Assembly: GCA_948579315.1 (NCBI GenBank)
Contig: CAPAOL010000015.1
Span: 588 to 64,587, forward strand
From: an uncultured Phocaeicola sp.
Lineage (GTDB): Bacteria > Bacteroidota > Bacteroidia > Bacteroidales > Bacteroidaceae
Direction: 5' to 3'
DNA: 64,000 bases
The position numbers were made by a program, and so were the translations under genes. This document shows, piece after piece, positions 41,213 to 50,969 of the stretch. The first letter of the stretch is position 1, and each line of letters starts with the position of its first letter. The notes under the pieces are model-generated. The model did not search any database, was not told the DNA's origin, and was given only the letters and a program-made list of their open reading frames with translations.

Positions 41213-44200
41213 ATGAGAAAGATATTCGTACTTTGGCTCTTGCTGCTGTCGGTTGTTTCATTGGCACAACCTTATTCTGTTAAGCAGCTTGGTATAGAGA
41301 AGGGATTATCCAATAATTATGTGGTGAGCATTGCTCAAGACAAACAGGGCTTTCTGTGGTTTGCCACGGAGGAAGGGTTGAACAAATTCGATGGTACCCG
41401 TTTCATTACTTATTTGAAGAATGAAGATTTGACAAGGCAGGGTATAACAGGCAATGAACTGAATTGTTTGTTGGATGATCCTCAGGATTCTATCCTTTGG
41501 ATAGGCACGCAAAGGGCCGGTCTGAATGCGTATGACTATGTAAATAACACTTTTCTTTGCTATAGGCATGATGGCGAGAACCCCGAAAGTCTGATAACGG
41601 ATGATGTTACTAAGATTGTGGCAGCTACAGATGGTAATCTTTGGATTACGACATATTGGCGGGGAGTAGATTATTTCGATAAAAAGGCTGGAAAATTCAT
41701 TCATTACAATACTCAAACAGTTCCGGGATTGGCTAGCGATAATATTTGGTCGGTTGTTGATGGAGGAGATGGAAAGTTGTATATGGGGCATGTGCATCAT
41801 GGATTCAGTGTGTTGTCTCTTAAAGATAAAAAAGTAAAGAACTTTATGCATGACCCTGAAGATCCGGTCAGTTTGCCAGGTAATGGGGTAACTTGCATTT
41901 ATAAGGACTTAAGCGGTAATATTTGGCTGGGAACAGACCGGGGGCTGGCACTGTTCAATCCGGAAGCCGAAAATTTTATCCATTTTCATCATAGTGAGGA
42001 CGGGGTTCCTCATACCGTATTTGATATCAGACAATTTGATGGGAATAAACTTTGGATTGCCATGGAATTTGGAGGAATAGCCATTTTGGATTTAACGCAA
42101 CGTATGTTTCTTTCTCCTGACCAAGTGCGTTTTCAATATATAAAGGAAGGGGATGATGAATACAGTCTCTCTAATTCTACTGTACGTTGTTTGTTTCAGG
42201 ACTCCTTTAAAAATGTATGGGCTGGTATGTGGGGAGGTGGAATTAATTTTCTTAGCCATGAATCTTCCTATTTTAATGTTTATAGTTATTCTCCTATCCA
42301 GCATTCGGGTAGTAGCCTGAATAATAAGACAGCAAGTAGTGTATGCGTAGCAAGGGATGGAAAGTTATGGATCGGAACCGATGGGGGAGGCATCAATGTA
42401 TTTGATAAAGGCAAGCGGGTGGCGGTTTATAAAGAAGAAACCGGTGATTTGACTGATAATTCCATACAGGCTGCACTTTGTGATTCGGAAGGAAACCTTT
42501 GGTTTGGATCGTTTATGGGAGGAGTGGATTTTTATGATGTGAAAAAGAAAAGTTTTCACCAGATTTTTCCTAAAGATAAAACAGGGGAAGATGTGCGTGC
42601 ACTGTATGAAGATGCAGAATATGTATGGATAGGAACTAGTAATGGCATCTATAAGGTACGCTTGCATGATAAAGGCATTGCAGATCATTATACAGTAGAG
42701 AATAATCTGGTGAGATGTATCTCGAAAGATAATCTTAATCGTTTATGGATTGGTACTTTCGGAGGAGGATTAGGGGTTTTTGATGAACATTTTCAGTGCG
42801 TTAAACTTTTTAACGTGACTTCTCTTTTTCCCTCTAATACTATCAATACTGTTTATATGGATAGTCAGAACAGAATGTGGATAGGAACGGGAGAAGGTCT
42901 GGTTTGTTTTCCATCCTCTCAGAGTTGGGACTATAAAGTATATCGCAGTGAGGAGGGTCTGTCCAATGTCCATATACGTGCCATTACGGAAGATAATCAT
43001 GGAAATATATGGGTGAGCACCAATAAAGGTATCAGCTGCTTGTTGAAAGACAAGGAGGTTTTCTATAATTATGATCATTGGGATAATGTGCCTATGGGCA
43101 ATTTCATGAGTGGAAGTGTGGCAGAAGCTAAGGATGGAACACTGTATTTTGGCTCAATCAATGGCTTATGCCGTTTTAATCCAGATCAGGTATTGGAAAA
43201 ACGAGAGTCACCTGCTGCAATTATTACTGAGATGCGTATATTCGGCCCGTTGCGTGATACGGACAGTAATGAAAAGGTGATGGCGCTTGAAGGCCAGTCG
43301 GAAGTACGTTTAAGCTATATGCAAAATAACTTCAGCGTCACCTTCAATATACAGAATTATGCCTTGGCCGATCAAGTGGAATATGCTTATATGTTGAAAG
43401 GGTTGGAAAATTCATGGTATACAGTAACCGATCCTAATAATGTGACTTTCCGTAATATACCTCCGGGAAATTATTGTTTTCAGGTAAAGACAAGAATACG
43501 GAATCAGGAATGGGCGGATGAGATAGCTTCTCTGGATATCCGTATTGATCCGCCTGTATGGCTTACGTGGTGGGCCAAGTTATTTTATATTCTTTCGGGT
43601 GTTTCTGTCCTGTATTTTATTCTTCATGCCTATAAAAAGAAACTGGATATGGAGTCTCTCTATGAGTTGGAGAAGAAAAATCATGAGCAGGAACAGGAGC
43701 TGAATAATGAGCGTTTACGTTTCTATACCAATATCACACATGAGTTGCGTACTCCTTTGACGTTGATTCTGGGACCGTTGGAAGATATGCAGAAAAGTAA
43801 TTCTTTATCAGGGAAAGATTCACAGAAAATATCGGTTATCCATCAAAGCGCCATCCGGTTGTTGAACCTGATTAATCAGATACTGGAGTTCAGAAAAACG
43901 GAAACCCAAAACAAGAAATTATGTGTAAGTCGTGACAATCTGGCAGCCCTTGTACACGAGATCGGACTGAAGTATAAGGAATTGAACCGGAAACCTGAGA
44001 TTGATTTCTGTCTTGAGATTGAGCAGGAAGATATGTCTTTGTTTTTTGATAAGGAGGTAGTAACGATTATACTGGATAATTTGATCTCCAATGCTATAAA
44101 ATATACAGAGAAAGGAACTATAACTTTAGGATTACATCAGGTGGTCCGGAATAATATACACCATACGGAAATCAGTGTGAGTGACACCGGTTTCGGTATT

Positions 44201-45253
44201 GCTCCCGATGCATTGCCTCATATTTTTGACCGTTATTATCAAGAGGGAAGCGAACATCAGGCTTCAGGAACAGGTATTGGTCTGGCTCTGGTAAAGAACC
44301 TGGTAGTTTTGCATGAGGGGGAGATCAGGGTTGAAAGTTCTTTGAATGTGGGAAGTACTTTTTATGTCAGTCTGCTGACGGATAACACGTATCCCCATGT
44401 GCTGCATGCTGACTCGACGGAGAAAACTTCCGATGAAAAGGACGAAAAAGAAGAAAATATAGAACCTGTGCATAGTGGTAAGCGTATTCTGCTGATAGTG
44501 GAAGATAATAGGGACATCTGTGATTATATTGTAGAATCTTTCTCGGACGATTTTGAAGTGAGGACTGCCGCCAATGGTGAACAAGGTTTGGAACAAGCAT
44601 TGGGCTGCATTCCTGATATTATAGTCAGTGATATCATGATGCCGGTGATGAACGGCATTGTGATGTGCCGGAAATTGAAAGAAGACTTGCGTACCAGCCA
44701 TATTCCCATTATTTTGCTGACGGCAAAGGATTCTTTGCAAGATAAGGAAGAAGGGTATCAAGTGGGTGCTGACTCTTATCTGACAAAGCCTTTCAGTGCT
44801 ACTTTGTTGCATAGCCGTATCCATAATTTGCTTGAATCCCGCAAGTTGTTGGCAGAGCGTTTTAATACGAATTCCATACTCATTGACAAACGTGCGGCAG
44901 TAACCGAGTCTATGAATAAATTGGATAATGAGTTCCTTGAGAAGATTAACAAGCTGATTGAAGATCGTCTTTCTTCTGAGAAAATTGATATCGGTTATTT
45001 GTCGGACGCCATGTGTATGAGTAATTCTACCCTATATCGGAAGATGAAGGCATTGACCGGACTTTCCACCAATGAATATATCCGCAAAATAAAGATGCAA
45101 TATGCGGAACGTCTGTTATTAGAAGGGAAATACAATATTTCAGAGGTTGCATTCAAGGTGGGAATTAACAGTACGGTCTATTTCCGTCAGTGTTTTAAAG
45201 ATGAATTCGGTATGGCTCCTTCTGATTATCTGAAAAAGATAAAACCGGAATAG
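41213..45253 (+). CDS. Hybrid two-component sensor/regulator (HTCS) of the GH30 PUL
   Basis: Signal peptide from ATG 41213, propeller repeats, Y_Y_Y, THELRTPL, GTGIGLALV, SDIMMP, AraC HTH; TATTTTTG -7 box at 41171-41178. Confidence 0.96.
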   Translation: MRKIFVLWLLLLSVVSLAQPYSVKQLGIEKGLSNNYVVSIAQDKQGFLWFATEEGLNKFDGTRFITYLKNEDLTRQGITGNELNCLLDDPQDSILWIGTQRAGLNAYDYVNNTFLCYRHDGENPESLITDDVTKIVAATDGNLWITTYWRGVDYFDKKAGKFIHYNTQTVPGLASDNIWSVVDGGDGKLYMGHVHHGFSVLSLKDKKVKNFMHDPEDPVSLPGNGVTCIYKDLSGNIWLGTDRGLALFNPEAENFIHFHHSEDGVPHTVFDIRQFDGNKLWIAMEFGGIAILDLTQRMFLSPDQVRFQYIKEGDDEYSLSNSTVRCLFQDSFKNVWAGMWGGGINFLSHESSYFNVYSYSPIQHSGSSLNNKTASSVCVARDGKLWIGTDGGGINVFDKGKRVAVYKEETGDLTDNSIQAALCDSEGNLWFGSFMGGVDFYDVKKKSFHQIFPKDKTGEDVRALYEDAEYVWIGTSNGIYKVRLHDKGIADHYTVENNLVRCISKDNLNRLWIGTFGGGLGVFDEHFQCVKLFNVTSLFPSNTINTVYMDSQNRMWIGTGEGLVCFPSSQSWDYKVYRSEEGLSNVHIRAITEDNHGNIWVSTNKGISCLLKDKEVFYNYDHWDNVPMGNFMSGSVAEAKDGTLYFGSINGLCRFNPDQVLEKRESPAAIITEMRIFGPLRDTDSNEKVMALEGQSEVRLSYMQNNFSVTFNIQNYALADQVEYAYMLKGLENSWYTVTDPNNVTFRNIPPGNYCFQVKTRIRNQEWADEIASLDIRIDPPVWLTWWAKLFYILSGVSVLYFILHAYKKKLDMESLYELEKKNHEQEQELNNERLRFYTNITHELRTPLTLILGPLEDMQKSNSLSGKDSQKISVIHQSAIRLLNLINQILEFRKTETQNKKLCVSRDNLAALVHEIGLKYKELNRKPEIDFCLEIEQEDMSLFFDKEVVTIILDNLISNAIKYTEKGTITLGLHQVVRNNIHHTEISVSDTGFGIAPDALPHIFDRYYQEGSEHQASGTGIGLALVKNLVVLHEGEIRVESSLNVGSTFYVSLLTDNTYPHVLHADSTEKTSDEKDEKEENIEPVHSGKRILLIVEDNRDICDYIVESFSDDFEVRTAANGEQGLEQALGCIPDIIVSDIMMPVMNGIVMCRKLKEDLRTSHIPIILLTAKDSLQDKEEGYQVGADSYLTKPFSATLLHSRIHNLLESRKLLAERFNTNSILIDKRAAVTESMNKLDNEFLEKINKLIEDRLSSEKIDIGYLSDAMCMSNSTLYRKMKALTGLSTNEYIRKIKMQYAERLLLEGKYNISEVAFKVGINSTVYFRQCFKDEFGMAPSDYLKKIKPE

Positions 45254-45306
45254 AGTGGTTGTGTAAGCCATTTCTTCCATATAGTTAAGCTTTTTTTTAC
45301 AGTCAT

Positions 45307-45404
45307 CTGCTACAGACTCCGCCAGTGGACTGTAAGGTCTGCTTGGGTGGACTATACAGTCTGCTGCAATGGACTCTACGGTCCATTGAGGGAGTCTGTA
45401 GTAG
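45307..45404. repeat. REP-like intergenic element: 14-bp terminal inverted repeat enclosing three 22-bp-period palindromic units
   Basis: CTGCTACAGACTCC / GGAGTCTGTAGTAG; TGGAC-N6-GTCYR units at 45326, 45348, 45370. Confidence 0.75.
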
Positions 45405-45500
45405 GTAACCGTAAGAAAGGGCTTAATTGTAGGCAAGAAAAGCCTTAGCTAATAGGGAGATTGGACTTTGAAGGAAATTGTTGTTTCTCAATTTGTATGT

Positions 45501-47240
45501 TTATAAATGATTGTAGAATGCTTTCACCGTTTCCCATTTATAATAAGGGGCAATAGGGCTGTCAATGGGTAATTTGACTTCATTTTCATTATGTAGCAAT
45601 TTTACAATAACTTCTCCTTGTTTATTCTTGAAAAAGATTAATTGAAGGTTGGCTCCCATAGGTGAAACACGGAAATCTTGCCAGGCCAGGTAATATCGGT
45701 CGGGATCTGTTTCTTGATTGGAGCATCCTTCTACTTGCATGAGTGCCAACAGACGGATCAGGTTGGTATCATGTCCGAAACGGAGGGTGGCGCAAGGAGT
45801 TCCTTCACGGATGGCGCGGTCGGCACTTTCTATAATATTCTTCAATAAAGATTTTGCACTCTTGGGGGCTGCTCCCTGATTGACGGGAGCATTGGCATTG
45901 CAAATATACATCCGATAATTCACAGACTGCCAGATACCGAATAATTCTTCTTTTTCAAACAAATCATAAAAGGATAGAGGCAACTCTACATCTTGCATGT
46001 CGGAAGCAATCCAATAAAGTCCCATCATGAGCTCGCGGGGATTCCTGACTTCTTTGGGATTTTTGAAAAGTGAAGCGATTAAACGTTCCGGATGAATATG
46101 ATTTTCTTCGAATGTATGGAAAGCTGTTCTCCATGGCGCACTTGCCGAACCCAGCTTTTCGGCTTCGGGTGAAGTATAGGCAATGTAGTCCATGTGTCTT
46201 TGGTTGGCTTCGCGGGTGATCTGGAGGGAGGGGTTTAGTTCTTTCAGTTGTTCTGTGAATGCGGACATGCTCATGATACAACGTACGGAAACGCTCGAAC
46301 GCGCTGATATGTTGGCGCTGTCCCGGAATATATGGGGATATTGTTGATAAAGCCGTTTGGCAATGGCTTTGTGTTGTCGTTCTCCTAATGGGGTCAGGTT
46401 TCCTCCGCGCCCACGGGCATTTTCCCATACTTTCTGGAGTCTGAGCCTCACATCTTCACCTAAATCGGTAAGTCCTGATTTATTGTGAAACGTATCAAAG
46501 ACACGAATGACTTCTAGATAACGTTCGTCCGAAGTCATCCAGCGGGACCCATGGCGTCCGTAATGGCTGATGTAGAAAGGACTGTAACCTTCGGGTACCG
46601 GAGTTTGTATGCCGTTTGGTGTGGGATAAGCATAATAGATGCTACCCATTTTTTCCGGGCTTTGGATGATTTCTTCTTTCAGATTGTGTGCGGGGAGATC
46701 TATGGGAGCTACTTTCCAATTGATGCCGAGCGGATTATTTTGTATTTCCCATATCAGAGGGAAATCCGGATTATCCATAATCCACATTTCGCATCCGTCT
46801 ACTGAGTCGTTTACATGCAGTAAGGAATAGCCCATAGCTTGTGACTTGGTATCAGCCAGTTGGTATTCTGTCTGATTATAATGAAATGCCTTTTGGCTTT
46901 TCAATTCCTGAAAAGCGGTTGCTGAAAGTAGGGCAAAGGTTTCTTGAATGGGGAGACAGATATGCTGTCCGTCTTCCGGCTGTAAGAAGCTTAGTCTGAC
47001 CGCCGTTTTTAAAGCTTCTTGGGGCATGGCGTAGCTGCCTGATTGCCATCGGGTGTTTCTTTCAATTCCCCAATGCAGATAAAGGGTGTCGTTGGACTGA
47101 TTGAAAGTAAATTGGTACTTTCGGGTTTGTCCATGCAGTTTGAATACAAATAACAGAGGGTTGGTAATGATATCTTGTGCCATTACATTTCCCATCAGGC
47201 TGCCGATAAGCAGAAAGCATATAAAAAGTTTTTTCTTCAT
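45501..47240 (-). CDS. Histidine acid phosphatase (clade 2) with ~160-aa unknown N-terminal domain
   Basis: Signal peptide, RHGSR, G.LT.LG, FGHDT motifs. Confidence 0.88.
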   Translation of the reverse strand: MKKKLFICFLLIGSLMGNVMAQDIITNPLLFVFKLHGQTRKYQFTFNQSNDTLYLHWGIERNTRWQSGSYAMPQEALKTAVRLSFLQPEDGQHICLPIQETFALLSATAFQELKSQKAFHYNQTEYQLADTKSQAMGYSLLHVNDSVDGCEMWIMDNPDFPLIWEIQNNPLGINWKVAPIDLPAHNLKEEIIQSPEKMGSIYYAYPTPNGIQTPVPEGYSPFYISHYGRHGSRWMTSDERYLEVIRVFDTFHNKSGLTDLGEDVRLRLQKVWENARGRGGNLTPLGERQHKAIAKRLYQQYPHIFRDSANISARSSVSVRCIMSMSAFTEQLKELNPSLQITREANQRHMDYIAYTSPEAEKLGSASAPWRTAFHTFEENHIHPERLIASLFKNPKEVRNPRELMMGLYWIASDMQDVELPLSFYDLFEKEELFGIWQSVNYRMYICNANAPVNQGAAPKSAKSLLKNIIESADRAIREGTPCATLRFGHDTNLIRLLALMQVEGCSNQETDPDRYYLAWQDFRVSPMGANLQLIFFKNKQGEVIVKLLHNENEVKLPIDSPIAPYYKWETVKAFYNHL

Positions 47241-47246
47241 CGTATG

Positions 47247-49529
47247 TTACTCTTTAGATTCAGGAAATAGTTTGCTCCCCCAGTAGTTACCGGGACTAGG
47301 GCCCATTTTTAAAACCAACTCGCCTCCTTTGATGATATCATTATGGCGGATGGCGGAATATGGATAATTCTTTCCATTTAATAAAATCGACCGGATATAC
47401 TTGTTCTTTTCGGAAAGCCCTTCGGCTTTGATCGTGAATGTTTTGCCTTCCTGTAAATGGAAACGACTCTCTGTCAGTAGAGGGGTATGGACTAAATAAT
47501 AGTCTTGTCCGGCATTGGGGTACAACCCCATCATGTGGAATACCAACCACGATGACATGGCTCCGGAGTCATCATTTCCGGGAAGGCCGGCAGAACCGTC
47601 ATTATAGTTCTTCTGGATAATTTCATGGATGCGGTCGCCGCTTTTATCCGGACGCCCTACCCAGTGGTATAGGCAGGGAGTGAGGAAGGAGGGTTCATTA
47701 TTCACATTGAAGAAACCCTTGTCAAAGAAAATATCCAGCCGTTCGTCAAACTTCTCTTTTCCGCCACATTGTTCAATGAGTCCGGGTACGTCATGCGGAA
47801 TGCTGAGTGAATATTCCCAGGAGGAGGCTTCATAAAAGAACATGTTCCACCAAGGAGTATACCAAGGGCCTTCAAAGGTAACGGGGGTATATGTGAAGGT
47901 GGGTTTCTGGATATGGGAGTTTCCGAAAGGTATTTTGTCTAACCAGTTTCCTTCTTTATCCCGGGGAAGTATGAATCCTTTGACTCCTGCATGTTCATAA
48001 TCGGCCCGCCACAAGTTCTTCCAGTTGGAAGATTGTTTCAAGTATTGCTGGTACAAGTCTGTCTTGCCTAGTCCTTTTGCTACTAAGGCTATGGCATAAT
48101 CACAATAGGAGTATTCTATTGTGCGGTTTCCGGCTCGGGGAATACCGTATGGAATATATCCCAATTCCAGATAAGGAATCAGTCCGCCTCTTCCCTCCGC
48201 TTCTTCGTTACCTCCAGGCGGTATAGTCGCATCTTTCAGCATAGCTTCCAAAGCCAGATGGTAATCTATGTTTGGTAGTCCTTTTACAAATGCATCGGCT
48301 ATAACAATTTCGGCGTTGGAGCCGCCTTGTGTCCGTCCGTTACAATTTCCGCTTCGTGCATCAGGCATGTAGCCGTCCCGTTTATAGATATTGATCAGTG
48401 AACGTACAATGTCTGTTTCTCTTTGAGGGTCAATCAGTGTGATAAGTGGAGTTGAGGTGCGGTAGGTGTCCCAGATAGCATAAAAATCATCATAATAAGG
48501 TTCCGGATCACTCCATAATGGATTTTCACCGGTACGGTCTACAGGCATTAACATGGTATGGTAGATACCGGTATAAAACATACGCTTATATTTTTCGGGT
48601 GTATTTGAGGCTATATCAATGCGTTGCAATAAGTTTTCCCATTGTGCCAATAAGGCTTGCCGGGTGTCCTCAAATGACCAATGAGGTATTTCGTTCCATA
48701 CATTCTCTCTGGCTTTGAGAGAACTGATAAATGAAATTCCGACTTTCAGTTGAATGGTATTTGCAGAAGAAGGGAAACGCAACAAAGCTCCGGTTTTTTG
48801 TTGGGAGTCTGGCTGGTATCGTTCATTGCTGATTTGGCTTCCTTTCCATGTGGCCGTTTGTACAAAGGGATGGTCGGTTACTGCATAAAAATAAACGGTG
48901 TAGGCACGTCCGTTATTCCAACCTCCGCGAATACGGGTATATCCCATTACTTCGTGATCGGATATGATTTGAATTTCCGAACCTACAAATTGTTGTGCTT
49001 CGCGGGCATCGGGGGTCGGTTGTTCACCCAGGAAGAAGCCGGCGTCAACCAACAGGGATTTTAAGGAATCTTCGGGATAGGTGAATCGGTAGAATGAGGC
49101 GCGTGGAGCAGTTGTTATTTCAGTATATATGCCTGTTCTCTGGAATTCGGTAGCATAATAGCCCAAGCGGATTGTTTCATCTTTGCGATAGTCTATATGA
49201 TTGAGTTGATCCATACCTTTGCCAAAAGGCATGACAAGTATGTTACCATATTTAGGACCTCCTCCTGTCCCGCTGACGTGTACTTGGGAGAAACCGTTGA
49301 CTTGTTCGGGCATAGGCAGCCAACCACTATTGGGATGGACAGTGCAATCGGGCGATGGTTTCACCATACCATAAGGGCAGGAGGGACCGATAAATACCCG
49401 TCCCAGTCCTTCCGAACCGATTCTGGGATCTACGTAATCAGAAAGTCTGGCTTCCTGTGCCGCGACCGTCACGGGCAGCAGCAGGAAGACCAGTCTTAAC
49501 AAAGAAACTTTGAATGGAATGTGGGTCAT
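47247..49529 (-). CDS. GH92 alpha-mannosidase
   Basis: HVSGTGGG, WDTYRT, TQGGSNA, FYEAS, NNEPSF, GNDDSGAMSSW; start MTHIPF at 49529 avoids overlap. Confidence 0.93.
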   Translation of the reverse strand: MTHIPFKVSLLRLVFLLLPVTVAAQEARLSDYVDPRIGSEGLGRVFIGPSCPYGMVKPSPDCTVHPNSGWLPMPEQVNGFSQVHVSGTGGGPKYGNILVMPFGKGMDQLNHIDYRKDETIRLGYYATEFQRTGIYTEITTAPRASFYRFTYPEDSLKSLLVDAGFFLGEQPTPDAREAQQFVGSEIQIISDHEVMGYTRIRGGWNNGRAYTVYFYAVTDHPFVQTATWKGSQISNERYQPDSQQKTGALLRFPSSANTIQLKVGISFISSLKARENVWNEIPHWSFEDTRQALLAQWENLLQRIDIASNTPEKYKRMFYTGIYHTMLMPVDRTGENPLWSDPEPYYDDFYAIWDTYRTSTPLITLIDPQRETDIVRSLINIYKRDGYMPDARSGNCNGRTQGGSNAEIVIADAFVKGLPNIDYHLALEAMLKDATIPPGGNEEAEGRGGLIPYLELGYIPYGIPRAGNRTIEYSYCDYAIALVAKGLGKTDLYQQYLKQSSNWKNLWRADYEHAGVKGFILPRDKEGNWLDKIPFGNSHIQKPTFTYTPVTFEGPWYTPWWNMFFYEASSWEYSLSIPHDVPGLIEQCGGKEKFDERLDIFFDKGFFNVNNEPSFLTPCLYHWVGRPDKSGDRIHEIIQKNYNDGSAGLPGNDDSGAMSSWLVFHMMGLYPNAGQDYYLVHTPLLTESRFHLQEGKTFTIKAEGLSEKNKYIRSILLNGKNYPYSAIRHNDIIKGGELVLKMGPSPGNYWGSKLFPESKE

Positions 49530-49531
49530 AA

Positions 49532-50944
49532 TTATTTCTTGTTTATTTTTACACGTATTGTATTCTTCTCTTTGATATCTCCTCCGGCTTGTGTCAATTG
49601 AGGGAAGGCCCAATAAATGTTACAGCCGGTAATCCGGATATCCGAAGCGGTGTCCAGATAGAAAGCATAAGTCTTGTCATATACAAAACCATCTCCGTTA
49701 CAAGGACGTTTGTCATACACACCGCCTTCATAACCGGTACGTTTTAACAACTTGACATCTATTTCATCAAAATAGATATGATGCACTTTCTCCGGAGTGT
49801 CTCCCCCTACGAAAATGCCGTTTTCACTAGTGCATTTAATCTGATTGAAGAAAATGTTGCTGACTTCTCCCGAGTGTCCTTTCGTTGCACCTTTGGGGAA
49901 ACGCCAGCCTGCATCTTTATGATTGCCTACGGCACGAGGGTATGAGGTGACATAGATAGGTTCCGCTTTACCCCACCATACATCAGAATAGAACATACAG
50001 TCTACTAATATATTGGAGAAAATGACATTGCTCACAGTACCTTCATCCCGGTTTTGTATGCCGATGCCCCGGTTGCTGTTTTTGATAATGCAATTATTGA
50101 ATAATACATTATCAATCTTGTCCATATTTTCCGAGCCTATCTTAATAGCGCATGAACGTGAAGTCATGATACAATTAGTCACTACAATATCTTCGCAAGA
50201 GCCATATTCTTCAAATTCCCGACGATTCTTCAGGCAAATGCAGTCATCGCCCGATTCAATGAAGCAGTTCGCTATACGTACTTTTTTGGAGTGATCCACA
50301 TCAATACCGTCGCCGTTGCGTATTTTTAGATTATTCAATAAAGAGATGCCGTCAATCAAGGCATCGTAACAGCCTATCAGGTGTATTGTCCAATAGGCGC
50401 TGTTCCGGATCGTGATGTCACGGATAACGGTTTTCTCCACATTGATAAGGGTAAGCACATGTGGGCGTGGGTCAAAATCAGTGACGGGCTTCAGCTCGTA
50501 GGAATCATCCAGCTCTTTGCCCATGAAGGCGATTCCGTTTCCGTCTATTTCTCCTGTACCGGTAATGGATATTTGTTTTAAGTCTTTTCCACTGATCCAC
50601 ATCATTCCTTCGCCACGGTTTTCGCGGAATGCGCTTTCTGTATAGATGCTTTCATCGGGGTTGGCCAGCAATCGGGAGTTGGGTTCCAGATGAAGGTTCA
50701 CATAGGATTTCAAATATAGCGGACCGCATAGAAAGGTGTGTCCGGCAGGAATGATTACGGTTCCGCCACCGGCAGCGGAACAGGCATTGATGGCGCGTTG
50801 TATAGCGGCGGCATCATCTGTTTGTCCGTCTCCTTTGGCTCCATAGGTCATGATGTCGTACGTGTTCCCTTGATGGGAAGTACTGCATCCTGTCACAAAC
50901 AACAGGAGGCAGCATAAGAGGCTGATGATAGTTTGTTTCTTCAT
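49532..50944 (-). CDS. Divergent GH28-like beta-helix hydrolase (lipoprotein)
   Basis: Lipobox VTGC, YGAKGDG..DDAAAIQ, NGDGID, GDDCI retained; GHG and RIK motifs replaced. Confidence 0.8.
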   Translation of the reverse strand: MKKQTIISLLCCLLLFVTGCSTSHQGNTYDIMTYGAKGDGQTDDAAAIQRAINACSAAGGGTVIIPAGHTFLCGPLYLKSYVNLHLEPNSRLLANPDESIYTESAFRENRGEGMMWISGKDLKQISITGTGEIDGNGIAFMGKELDDSYELKPVTDFDPRPHVLTLINVEKTVIRDITIRNSAYWTIHLIGCYDALIDGISLLNNLKIRNGDGIDVDHSKKVRIANCFIESGDDCICLKNRREFEEYGSCEDIVVTNCIMTSRSCAIKIGSENMDKIDNVLFNNCIIKNSNRGIGIQNRDEGTVSNVIFSNILVDCMFYSDVWWGKAEPIYVTSYPRAVGNHKDAGWRFPKGATKGHSGEVSNIFFNQIKCTSENGIFVGGDTPEKVHHIYFDEIDVKLLKRTGYEGGVYDKRPCNGDGFVYDKTYAFYLDTASDIRITGCNIYWAFPQLTQAGGDIKEKNTIRVKINKK

Positions 50945-50969
50945 ATGGATTGTTTTTTATTTTTTGTAC

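Noticed and set aside
45140..45436. 98-aa minus-strand ORF / mini-CRISPR
   Set aside because: Overlaps the HTCS 3' end and the REP-like repeat; 22-bp contiguous units lack spacers
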